Assembly: GCF_036321535.1 (NCBI RefSeq)
Contig: NC_087447.1
Location: 35,280,001 to 35,344,000 of the forward strand
From: Camelus dromedarius
Taxonomy: Eukaryota
Length of the DNA: 64,000 bases
Reading direction: 5' to 3'
Below the pieces are notes generated by a model. That model saw nothing but the letters and a program-made list of their open reading frames with translations, was not told the origin of the DNA and did not search any database. Both the position numbers and the translations under genes were made by a program. How positions within the stretch are numbered: position 1 is the stretch's first letter; every line of letters begins with the position of its first letter. Positions 13,301 through 26,482 of this stretch are shown here, in pieces.

Positions 13301-16300
13301 TGATTTTTTGGGGGGTGGGGCAATCAAGAGGGACTTTCTTTCAGCTGTTGGACAGCCCTTTGAAGCCTTCATTAAGGTGTGTCTTAGAACCACATTTTGT
13401 TTTATCATTGTTTAGCATATCCTGTTTGCAAATATACCTCATATAGCCTCTAGCACAAATTAAATTGCTCCTAATTGGTTTCAAATGCTTCATGCTAACT
13501 TGAGTCTCAGTGTAGCTCAGGATTGTCTCATTTAATCCCCATTCTCACTGCCAGACTTTATGGAGACAAGCTAGAGAAATACGGCAGCATGACGCCACGA
13601 CACATGGGAAGGACCCAGCTGCCAGGAGCCTAGACCTTGCTCACCAGTTTGTTCTAATAAGCCATAGTTGTTGCTATTGACTTGCTACTTTTAGTGTTGG
13701 TGTTTCTCTTAGAATATCATGTTATAAAGGAAAGTTTTACTTTGATTTTTCTTGAATTCTTTTTATTTTTAGGAAAGTTTCAGTATCTTGGACTCTGGTA
13801 TTTATCGTGTCATTAGTAGTAGAAGAGGCAGTCAGTCAGATGAAGACTCTTGTTCCCTTCACAGCCAAACCCTTTCAGAAGATGAGAGACTTAAAGAATT
13901 CACCTCACATCAAGAAGAGGACCAACCAGATCAGTGTTGTGGCTCACAAGGAACTGAAGGTGATGAATGTATCTTTTATTGGTTGCCGATATGAAACAGT
14001 TATTTTCTGTGACTTCTGTTTGCCAGGATTATCTCATGCATAGAGTTTTCTACAGGGTGTTAATAGGTTTTATTAAGTTGATAGACTTTCTACAAACCTA
14101 TTGACCTCCTCACCACTAGAAGGATAAGTTTATGTTTATTTGGGATTTCTTCTCCCTTCGTGTTTAGGCTAACATTGGTAAATAACTTAATTTTGATCAT
14201 GCATCCAAGTGCTGGAAAGGTTAAGAGAGAGGAGGTCATTAACCAAAAGAGTGGAACGGTTTTATCCTGACTAACCAAATTATTTTCCATTAGGAATGAA
14301 AAATTACTACAGTTTTGGGGGCCATTGCCTTCACTTTTCGATGTTCAAGTATTCCTGTGACTGAACTGTTGAGAAGATGTTAATAGACCCTAAACTTCTT
14401 TTTTGACTTATGGGGATTCAGGGTTAGTAGGAAAAATGAAGGTACCTGTCTAAGTGTTTTATACGTGGACCATCCGTGCATCTTGTAAACCTGTGTTCTG
14501 CTCATTTGTATTTGGGTCAGTCATGATTTTGGTATTGAATCCTTCATTTCCTTTGGTTTATTCATTTCAGAATTTCTTTAAAGATTAAAAAAACTTTCAT
14601 GTGATTAGATTGTTTCTTTTCCCCTGATTCCATTCATCAGACAGTGTTTCTTATGTTCCAGTGACGTTTGAGACGGATAAGAGTGAAACTTTTCTCCCCT
14701 TCAGCATCCCACTGTCATTTCGTTCTCCATCTCCTCTAGTGTCTCTTCAGGCTGTCAAGGAGAGGTAAACTTACTAGTCTTGTCATTTAATCACATTTCT
14801 GGTTTTACCTCAGTTGTCATAATGGGCACTTTTGCACTGAGAATGGAAAGACTTTTTTTTTTGAAAGACATTTTAAATGAGAAAAAAAGAAAGTGTCCAG
14901 GTTTTCTCATTTCAATCTTGGGGAATTTAGCTTCCCTTTTTGAGTAGCTGGATATTTGAGTTGTTACAAATGTGTTTCTTTTTTTCCTCCTCAGGCTGAG
15001 CAAAAGTTTAAAAATATGTTTTTTCCTCATGCCTGATAAGAACATTTTCCATGTATCATTAGTCATTTTCTTAATCATTTTTCAGTTTGGACTCAGAGTT
15101 GGAGACTTTAGAAGTTACTACTCGCTGGGTCCAGAATTGACATATAAGTTTGAAAAAGAAGACTTTGTGTACTTAAATGCTAATCTGAGTTTTGATGGAT
15201 ACAAATTTTACTTTTTAAGAAGGATATACTGTGATGAGTTAGCAGCTGAATTTCATGAAGAAATTCTTGGGCTAGGATGGGGCAAGTGATCACATGGCCT
15301 CCTTTGCCTAAATTGATAGAAACATTGCAGGCACAGCTGGAGTTAAAGACCTTTTCTTTAGAACTGAATCAAATTAGTTTAGTAAATGAAGTAAATCCTT
15401 ATTCTGTTATGAGTTTTACATGGGCCTTATGTGAAATCTGTAATTGATTAGAGAAGTTGCTATAAACAGAGTCTTTCTTTTTAGTAAGTCTAAGTTGCTT
15501 TCAGGGACTGATAGGAACATGGAGAACTCAGGTACTGAATTTGTCATTCTTGGCAATAATGAATTTTTTTTCATATAAGTTTGTTGGTATTTGATTTGAC
15601 TTCCAGTGTTTCTAGCTTTGTGCGTAAAACTACTGAGAAGATCGGCACCCTTCACACTAGTCCTGATCTGAAAGGGAGACCAGAACCCAGGGGTGATGAG
15701 CAGTCATGTGAAGAAGATGTGAGTCCGGTCACTTGCCCAAAGGAGGAAGACACTGTGTAAGCCTCTATAGAAATCTGTGTAAATTCTACAGGAGTCAGCT
15801 GTCAATATGAAGAGAGCTGTACACCATGTCCTCTTGAAGAACGCATACGTATGGCTCTGTTCATGGTAGATTGTTTATGTATTTGTAAAAACTGGAAAAT
15901 CACATCAACCCATACATAGCAAGTCGGTTGAGACAGAGTTGTAATTTAGCACCTCTTCCATCTTTCCCCCAGACAACTTCCCTCCCTTTCAAATCTCTTC
16001 AAATTTCTGGATGTTAGAGAAGGAGTATCATATTAGGAGTAGGATGACCAAGGATCTCAGCCCTGTCCAGGTTCTGCTTCTGACTAGGATGTGCCTTTGG
16101 ATAGGTGACTGATGCTCTTTGACCCGCACGGTGAGAGCAGTAGCATTGATGTCTTATCATGTACCTTCCTATGACATGCAGGTGGCGTGGTCCTTATGTA
16201 GTGGAGTTGCAGCTGAGCCCTTGGTCTGGCACGATGTGAAGCATCTTGTTTATCTGGTCTCTGCCTTTTCTCATCGTTCAGGGGATCTGGCCACTGAAGG

Positions 16301-19300
16301 CAAGCAAGCTCAGCAGTCACTCAGGAATTGTGATAGACCCACAGGGCCAGTGTATATTAGACAGTCAGATGGAATAAAAGGTGTGTTATCCTTAGAGTGA
16401 CTTAGTTACGAATCCATGTGTGTATAGGAAAAGAGTACAGGTAGTGCTATGGCGTTTAAGGCAGCCCTCAGTCTGACCTGAGCCCACCTTTCCAGCCTCA
16501 CTTCCAGCCACATCCTTCTAAGCACTCTAAATTCCAGTGCTGCCCGAGAACTGGGTGTGTACACCTCACTACTTTTCTTCATGCTGTTTCTCCCACCTGC
16601 ACTATTTCACCCCCATTCTTTCTAATGCAAATACCACCTCCTCAGGAGAGCATGTCTTACTTGCCTGGTCAGAATAATTATTCCTTTTTCTGTGTTTTCA
16701 GGGCTCAGTGCTTGTGCTGCTCTTTAGTATTCATTTTCTCTCTTGTATATTAGAGTTGTTTTCTTGCCTCTCTTTCTGACTAGGGCTAACTCTGACTTGA
16801 GCCTACGCATCTTGAGGCCATTTTTTATACTCATCTGTTTGTCTCATGTAACATTAAGTACAGTACCTTGCATTTAGTAAGCACTTAGGAATATTTGCCT
16901 ATGGAAGCTCTAATCCCCTCTAACTTTTTTCATACTTTTCTAGGGGGAAAGAAGAAGTAGCCAGTCAACCTCCAGAAGAAGATGAGTTACAAGAGCTCAA
17001 AATAGCAACAGCAGAAGCCATGTGAGTGTTTGAATGAGAAAATTTTATAGTGAATGGGAGTAATGTTTTGAGATCATCAGTAGTGGCTCTGAGACAGTGT
17101 GGAGCAGAGGAGGTTTCATTTGGAATTGAAATTCAAGAATTAGTACAAAGTTAATGTTCTCTGTATTGCTGTCTTGCTGAGATAATTATTATTTAAAGAG
17201 TTGAAAAGTAACATTTATTCCAGGTAAGTATGTTGTATCTGTTGGGTTTATTTAGCATAAAACAGTTTGTTTTTTTAAAAAAGTATGTGAAACATAAATT
17301 TCATACTTGTCTGTCTTGTATAGGACCAAGCTACAGGACCCACTGGTTTTGTTTGAACCAAAGTCTCTGAGATTGGTTTTACAGGAGTGGCTTTCACACT
17401 TAGAAAAAACATTTGCCGTGGAGGACTTCTCAGGCATTTCAGATACTGACAACTCATCCATGAAATCAAACCAGGATATACTATTGCTTGATGGGTCAAG
17501 AAAGGGAATATTAGATGAAGAACATGAAAAAGAAAAAAGGAACTCTTTACACAATGAAGAAACTGTTCATCAAACAGCATATGAGTCTGTAAATAGTCCG
17601 AGGGAGCCCTTGGATGATGACCTTTTTCGAGTATGTTCTCCGTGCAGTATAGCAAATGATCTTATGAAGGACCTGGCTGAATTGACAACGTTGTGTTTGG
17701 AATTGAATGTATTGAATTCTGAGATCAGAAGTGCAGGTGGATGTGTGGATCACACTTTGCAACAGTGCTCACCTGAAATTCTGGCTTGTCATTTCCTAAA
17801 GAAGTACTTTTTTCTCCTGGACTTGAAAAGAGCAAAGGAGAGCATCAAGCTGAGTTACAGTAACAGTCCTTGTGTTTGGGATACTTTTATTGAAGGATTG
17901 AAAGGTAATAATCAGACTGCCTTACCAAAGATAGAAATTTATATAGAGGACAATAACCTCTTGGCATCTATGAGTTAAAAAAAAAAAAAGATTTAAGTAG
18001 AAAAATCACCTCCGTTCTGGTAAACCATCCATTTAATTTTCCACTCAATTTAATTTTTAATATTTCTTGCAACTACTATAAGAAATTAGTTTTATTTCTC
18101 TCACAGTCTTATTCAGAAAATGATATAGTACTGTTGGAGAAGTTGGGTTTAAGTAAAATTTTATAAATGCAGATAAATGAAGAAAAAAGAAAATCCCTCA
18201 TGTAACTTAACTAATATAGAAACAGCATATACCATTTATTGAGTACTTACCATGTGCCAGATAGTCTTCTAAACACTTTGCAAGCATCATCTCATTTCAT
18301 CTTTACAACACTTTGGAGTAGATGGTGTTACTCTATTTAATAGTTGAGGAAACTGAGACATAGAGAGATTATAATAATTGAGTAGATTAAAACTGCTATA
18401 GTATCTCATAATAACTCAGATATAATACAATAACTCAGATACAATAGATTTACAATTACTCAGCTACAATACAATGCAATTTATTTCTTTTCATAGATCA
18501 GTCCAGGGCAACTGTTCCAGGTCAGTGGTCAGCTCTCTTGCATGTGGTAATTCAGGGTTCCAAGTTCCTTCCATTTTTTTGACTTCTATCCTCTCTTAGG
18601 GCTGATGATTGAGATTGGGTTGCTGTGTCCAGGCTGAAGCATATGGAAGAGGCAAACAAGCTCTCTGATATATGTGGCCCGGTAGTGACTTAAATCTCTT
18701 CCATTGGCGAGAATTCTATCACATGGCCCCACCTAACTGCAAAGGAGTCTGGGAAATGTAACCTGTCCAGGTGTCTAGAAGGAAGAGGCTGGATACGGCT
18801 GAAGGGCTTGCATGTCTGCCTCAGAGATTTTGGTGGGCAGTCAGCAGTCTCTATTTCACGCTTGATTGAAGCCACACATTACTGGTCATCCTTGTACAGA
18901 AACCGTGCTGTTTCTACTGCAATGGTCCCATGTTTTTAAAGAGGTGACTTTTCTTAACTCAAAACTCTGGATAACAGATGTCATATTTCTTATAATTGAT
19001 GTAGACTTTAAGCAGACTTTTCATTCATCACCAAAAGTGAATAGTCACAAGTAGAGACACATTTTTATATTATCTGACTTAAGGATCTGTAAGGTTCCTG
19101 GAAACAAGGATCTGTAGTTACAGTTCTCCTCACTTCACAGTTAGCAGTTAAATGTGTAAGAAATGATTTTGGTTTCTTTTACTGAATTGAAGTAGACTCT
19201 TTTATGTTGAAGTAAGAACGGTTACTTCTTTTCAAATAGTTTCAAATGTTTCACATTATTCCTGGACATTTGCTGTATCTGTCTCTATTACGTGATCATA

Positions 19301-22300
19301 CCCAATCTTGGTCACAGGAAAATAGCAAAAAAGTCTTCATCAACCTGAGTGGTTAACTTACTACCAGAGCTGGCTAAAGCAAGTGTGGTGGGCATTTGAA
19401 ATGATGCAGCTGCTTCCTTGAATTTAAGGGGATAAGTTTGGCTTAGCACTCACCCAATCATAAAGCTTTCCCTTACTTCTTATGCTCTAAGTGATGGCTT
19501 CTTCTCTGAATTCCTTTAAGTACTTGACTGACCCAATCATATTGGAAATATTGTACGTTATGTATATAAAGGATGCTTTTTCAGTGGTAATAGGCACTTA
19601 TATATTGGCTATCTGTTCCTTTGTCTTTTTTAAAACTTCCAATATGCTTTGCCTCCCAGTTTGATTTTAAGGCCCTTAAAAGCAGAGATTGTCTTGTGTC
19701 CTTTTTTTTTTTTTAAATCTCTCCTGCAATGCTTTATAAATGTTGGGCCCTACACACAAAATGATTGTTGAATAATGTGTTCATGACTTAAATATTTATA
19801 GCTGTGAGATGAAGGGAAATTGCTTTGTCTTTTAGAAATGGCAAGTTCCAATCCTACATATATAAAGATGGAAGAAGGAGACCTCCCAGCAAAATTAAAG
19901 TTACTGGATGATTCGGTCCCTTTTGACAGTCCTTTGTTGATTGCTTATGCTACCCGGTGAGTTGTCCTATATGTTGTTTATATGAACTGAAGCACATGCA
20001 TCTTCTTGGTCATAGTCTATAAAGTTTTACTCAATTAGGTGTTGAGCAACTTCTTGTTACTGTACTCATTTTTATTTTTAATGAATACTTAAGGTAACCA
20101 AGTTATATTATCTCACTAACGTTTTTTGTTTTTAAATGCAGATTGTATGAGAAATTTGGAGAATCTGCCCTTCGATCCTTAATCAGGTTTTACCCATCCA
20201 TTTTGCCTTCAGATGTCATGCAACTTTGTCATTATCACCCCGCTCAGTTTTTGGCCTATTTAGACAGTCTGGTGAAATCAAGGCCTGAAGATCAACGGTG
20301 AGAAGGAGAGAACGTGTGCAGACTCTCCTTTCTTGTGATAGGGCATTGTTTCTCTCGTATACGCAGTTGGAACACTTTTAGGATTAACTTCTCAGGATTG
20401 AGGCACCTGCAGTAGAAGAGGAGGAATTGGCAGTCATGTCCCTTTCTTTCACAGTTCACAGTACACACCATAAATGTGCACATATCACACTTCTCTTCTC
20501 TCCCTCTCTCCCTTTCAGACATTATCAGATCAACAGTGTAAAATTAAACTCCTGCTTCAGGGCCTAGGCTGAAACAGATAAACTTCCTTGTTGTCTCTGC
20601 CAGTGGGTGGATTTTCTGCCACTTTTTTATTGATGATATCCCAGCCTTTTGCGGTTGGATCTCAGTTCCAGCTCTTAGCTTCTATAGGCTGAGACCTCAT
20701 TTCCTATCTCCACGTGGCAATAAACACACATGTCCCTTGGTTATTAAGAATGACCACTTCCCCCCTTTTTTTCTTCTTTTGATTGGTTCACATTTGCTAT
20801 ACTGGTACTTATTTCTCCTTTTTTTCCCCCCTTTGGTGCTTTCCTTATTATCTTTAGGCTCAACTATTCATTTAAAAAGCTATTAGATTTCTACCAGTAA
20901 TTCTAGACATTTTGTAGCAGAAGGGTTTTCCAGTTATTTCATCCACCCTATTAATTTCTTTTTTTTAAATGAAGTATATTGATTTCTTAATAACATTTTA
21001 TTCATATCCACACATTATATCTTTCCTTTCTCAACATGAAGATTGATGATTTTTCTCCCCAACTTTCTCTTAGGCCATCCTTCCTTGAGTCCCTTCTACA
21101 ACCAGAGTCTTTAAGATTGGATTGGCTGCTGTTGGCAGTGTCCCATGATGCTCCCCCAAGCACCAGCACTGTAGACGATGAAGGAAATCCCAGGTATAGA
21201 AGGGGTTCTTTTCCTAGGCTCTGCTGCTCCTTTGGAGTGGAACCAGTTTATTCACATAATAGCATTCTGGGCTTACTTCAGAAACAGCTATGGAAGAGAC
21301 TGGTACAAGTCATGGTAGTGATGAGACTGAGTGTACTGCTTAGTGGTTCTGAACATTTTTTAAATCACAGACCCTGTAAGAATCTGATGATTTCTGTTGA
21401 AATAATGTAGCATCCCTACAAAATTTTGCACATTATTTCAGAGAATTAAACTGGTCACCTGAAGCTCTTTCATAGGCCAACATTAGGAGCCCTTGATGAT
21501 TAAACCTGTGTTAGAAAATTGTGTGTGTGTGTGTGTTCTTCCTAGAAATTTGCCAAGGGATTTCTAGACATAACCTGATTTAGGATCTTTTTTAAAAAAA
21601 ATACAATTCATAAAAAATACACACTGATACTTATAATGTAACAGAAATGTTCCTTGTGTTTTCCTCTAGAAGACACTTTTTTAAATCCCCTGAAATGTCC
21701 ATCTTATATGCCTAGGTAAAAAGATCTGGAAGGATATAAAATAGCTATCTGTAAATGATGAAATTATGGGCTTCTTTCTTTTGATTACTATTTTTTTTAA
21801 ATAGGTGTTTGTTATAAGAAAAATAGCTATTTTAATTTTTCAAAAGCCAAGTAGAAATGTTTGAAAAATATAATTAAGTTCTATTCTTACCTATTAGTTG
21901 AAAAATAAGCATTTTGTAGTGTTGATTTCTTTTCTAAATTACTGATATTTTTTCATTTCATAGGCCTCATTCCCACTTGTTTTCCTGGGGTTACAGTCAG
22001 CTAATCCTTCATCTAATTAAACTTCCTGCAGATTTTACAACAAAAGAGAAAATGACTGACATCTGTAGGTCTCATGGGTAAGTGAGACTTTTCCTAGAAG
22101 CTGAAGTTAAGATGAGAGTCATTTTAATGAGTAACTTAAGTTAATAGCCAAGGGCCTGAACTGATATGCCTTATCATTTGGAAATTTTCTTTGCTACATT
22201 AAAGGGCCTTTTTGTTTTAAGTGATAGTAAACATCTTTTTTGTTTTTAATTTTGAGCATATTTTATTTTGTGTGTAGAAGAGACTGGCCCTTGCTAATTC

Positions 22301-25300
22301 CTTTCTCCCCCTTCTGCTTAGTTTTAGCCCCAATTCTCAGGCATGTAGATGGTATTTAGTTAAGAACCTGACTGTGATACGAGTTATAATTGATACAGGG
22401 TTTCCAAAGGGAGAGATCAGAATGGGCTCAATAAAATCACTGGTGAAGGACTCTGGGAGGAGGTGAGACTTGGAGGTAAGCCCTAAGGCTGGATAGGCTT
22501 TGTATTTAAAAAGGAGTCAGGAAGAGTGCAGGTCAGGTGAGAGAAAAAGCCAGAGCAAGGCTGTGAAAAACTGATACTGCTGTTTATCTGTACCATATAT
22601 TAGTTAGTTAGTTATTATTGCCTGACGATGTCATCTTATGCCTTCACTTGTATTGTAATCTTTTTGAAATAGTGACATGTGTCTTCCTTTTCTCTCATAA
22701 TGCATAATTCATAAAGTGCTAGGTACTTGATGCATATTTGTTCATTAATAATGAGGGATGAGACTGGCCAGGTGGTGGATCATGTAAGACCTTGGAAGGC
22801 TGTTAGAAGAATTTAGTTATCAGCAGAGACCCTTTTTGACTTTTTGGTACAAAAATTACTTGATAAAAATGGAGCTTTCTGAAGATCATTTCTGGTATCA
22901 TACATGAGAAGGATTGGAGACGGGAAAGGAAGGTCGGTTAGGAAGCTGTTGCAGTAATTCAGGTATGACTGAATTGATGATTAGTAGGGCAGCAGAAGGA
23001 GCACACTCAAGGAGACATTTCAAAGGAAAATGCAGTGGGACCTGTAGATACTGAGTATAGCAAATGAAGGAAGGGGAGAGTCAAGGAGAACTTGCAAAGT
23101 TTGCACACTTGGGGGTGTAATATGCTAGTTTTGTACTGAATCTTAAAATTTATAAAGTACATAAGCTTAAATATCTCATAATTGGTGCTTGGCCTCAAAT
23201 GTCAGTATTTATCACTAGCTTTAATGTTTTTTATTAATTGCTGTATATCAGGGCTGTCTCAACTTTCTGAGGCAGTGGAAATAATTCTGTGCTGTCCAGC
23301 TACATGTGGCCACTGAATACTTTTTTTTTTTTAACTTTTTTTTAATTGAGTTATAGTCAGTTTACAATGTTGTGTCAATTTCCAGTGTAGAGCACAATTT
23401 TTCAGTTATACATGAACATACATATATTCATTGTCACATTCTTTTTCGCCGTGAGCTACCACAAGATCTTGTATATATTTCCCTGTGCTATACAGTATAA
23501 ACTTGTTTATCTAGTCTACATATGCCAATCAATATCTACAAATTTTGAACTCCCAGTCTGTCCCTTCCCACCCCCCTCCTCCCTGGCAACCACAAATTTG
23601 TATTCTATGTCTATGAGTCTGTTTCTGTTTTGTATTTATGTTCTCTTTTTTTTTTCAGATTCCACATATGAGCGATCTCATATGGTATTTTTCTTTCTCT
23701 TTCTGGCTTACTTCACTTAGAATGACATTCTCCAGGGACATCCATGTTGCTGCAAATGGCATTATGTTGTTGGTTTTTATGGCTGAATAGTATTCCATTG
23801 TATAAATATACCACATCTTCTTTATCCAGTCATCTGTCGATGGACATTTAGGCTGTTCCCATACCTTGGCTATTATAAATAGTGCTGCTGTGAACATTGG
23901 GGCACAGGTGTCTTTTTGAAGTAGGGTTCCTTCTGGATATATGCCCAGGAGCGGGATTCCTGGGTCATATGGCAAGTCTATTCCTAGTCTTTTAAGGAAT
24001 CTCCATACTGTTTTCCATAGTGGCTGTACCAAACTGCATTCCAGCAGTATAGGAGGGTTCTCTTTTCTCCACAGCCTCTCTAGCATTTGTCATTTGTGGA
24101 TTTTCGAATGATGGCCATTCTGACTGGTGTGAGGTGATACCTCATTGTAGTTTTGATTTGCATTTCTCTGGTGACTAGTGATATTGAGCATTTTTTCATC
24201 TGCCTATTGATCATTTGTATCTCTTCCTTGGAAAGTTGCTTGCTTAGTTCTTCTGCCCATTTTTGGATTGGGTTTGTTTTTTTCTTATAAGTCGTATGTG
24301 CTGCTTATGTATTCTGGAGATCAAGCCTTTGTCGCTTTCATCTTTTGCAAAAATTTTATCCCATTCCATAGGTTGTTTTGTTTTGTTTATGGTTTCACCA
24401 CTGAATACTTGAAATACAGATTGGTTAACTGAAGAACTGACTTTTAAGTTTTATTTACTTTCAGTTAATTTAAATTTAAATAGCCACATGTGGCTAATGT
24501 CCACTGTATTGGGCACCATAACTCCAGATAAATTAACTGTCATTTATTCCTTTCTTTGACTTTGGTTTCTTTAGTTTCTGGCCTGGATATCTTATTCTCT
24601 GTTTGGAGCTGGAGAGAAGAAGAGAGGCCTTCACCAACATTGTGTATCTGAATGATATGAGCCTGATGGAAGGGGACAATGGTAAGTAAATCCCAAGTGG
24701 CTACTCTTAGTTATAACATTTTAGAAGTCATTCCAGAATTTTCAATAAAGAAATTTGATAAACATTTCAGTGATCATGTGTATTATTCTAGCTAGTTGTC
24801 AGATTTGTGGAGTTGTTTTTAATCTGTACTACTTGGTATATTATAAAATCATAATTAGAAATAAACTACAAGCAATTTTTCTGTTTATTGAGTCCTACTG
24901 TGTGAGGCATTATACTAGATGCTTTTCCATATGCTGTTTAAATGAGATAACAAACCTGTGGGATGGGTTTTACAGAAGTTCTGATTGAGGCCCAGGGAAG
25001 GGACAGTTACCTCCCCCACAGTTGTACAACTAGTTGATGCTGGACCTGGTGTTCACACTCAGGTCTGACTATCAGTAAAGCTTATGCTTATGTGTTTTTT
25101 TCTTTTTCTCTTCATTGTGTTCCCTTTTTACATAGCCCAAAGTTAGAGATTGTTAAGAAGAACTTAAGGTCAAGTAGCAGTCAGATTTTCCTAAGCCTTC
25201 AAAGGTATCTAGATACTTTTTTTTTTTTTAATTTTCATTAATTCAGTACAGATAAAATGGCAGTCAGAAGGCTGGGACTTTGACACACTGATCTCTGAGG

Positions 25301-26444
25301 TCTGAAGAGTTCATCCTGCACACAGAGAAATGGTCTTGATCTGTTCTGTAGTATTGCTTTATTGGCCTCAGTGTGGAGATGCCAACAGCATGACATCAGG
25401 ATCCTTCATCTAGCAGTGTGACCTACAGCCTTTTTCAGCCCTGTTGGTGTGGGAGAAGGAAAGTTAGCACCAAGCAAAGAAGCCAGTTGGCTGGCAAGGG
25501 TTAGCTTCAGATGTTACAGCTATAGCGATATAACTGAGTCATCTTTGTTTCAGAAATGAAACGAGGGTCAGATGGTTTTGTAGGACTAGAACTATAGACA
25601 TGCATACCCTTCTGAAAAATAACCAGAAAAGTTAAGGTATAAATGGTTAATGTTTTTAAAGCTACAACATGATGTTTGTTATCTATATATAGAAAAAAAT
25701 TGAAAAGCCAGGAAGAATGAAGAAAATATCACCTAAAATTCTTCCCCCCCAGTTAAAAGTAGTCTTAATATTTTGTTAACATAATAATGATTAGCTGTTC
25801 TTACCCTTGGTGTATTAAGTGGGGGTCTTTTCTTGACTTTTCTCTCTCCTTGTAGCTCATATTAATCACTCTTCAAAGCATGTTGATTCTACTGCCAAAT
25901 ATATATCTCATATCTATCTATTTTCTTTTGCTTCACCACCACCATTCTGGTCCTAGCTACTTGTCTAGACTGCTACAGTAACCTCATAATTGGTCATCTG
26001 GTTTCCATTCTTGCCCATCTTTAACCCATTTTCCTTACAGTAGCCAGAATGGTTCTTTTTTTTTAATTAAAAAAATTTTATTGAGGTAACATTGGTGTAT
26101 AATATTATGTGTACAGCATTATATTTCTACTTTTGTATTACACTCCATTGTACCCACTACCAGAAATTTAGTTTCCATCTGTCACCATGTACTCGCTCCC
26201 CTTTACCCATTTCTCCCTGCCTCCCAGTGAACCACTACTCTGTTCTTGTATTTACATGTTTGTTTTTGTTTGGTTTGTTCATTTATTTTGGTTTTTGTTT
26301 GTTTTTTATATTCCACATGAGTGAAATGATACGGTGTTTTTCTTCCTATATCTGACTTACTTCACTTAGCATAATACCCTCAAGGTCTATGTTGTCACAA
26401 ATGGCAAGATTTCATCTTTTTTTTAATGGCTGAGAAGTATTCTG

Positions 26445-26482
<38 letters not shown>

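Noticed and set aside
17307..17978. 223-aa ORF as a stand-alone gene
   Set aside because: It is the large HPS5 exon (17324-17904) read through into flanking intron sequence.
23655..24086. 143-aa ORF, and similar ORFs at 30112, 32515 and 32773
   Set aside because: C-terminal fragments of L1 ORF2 in 5'-truncated insertions.
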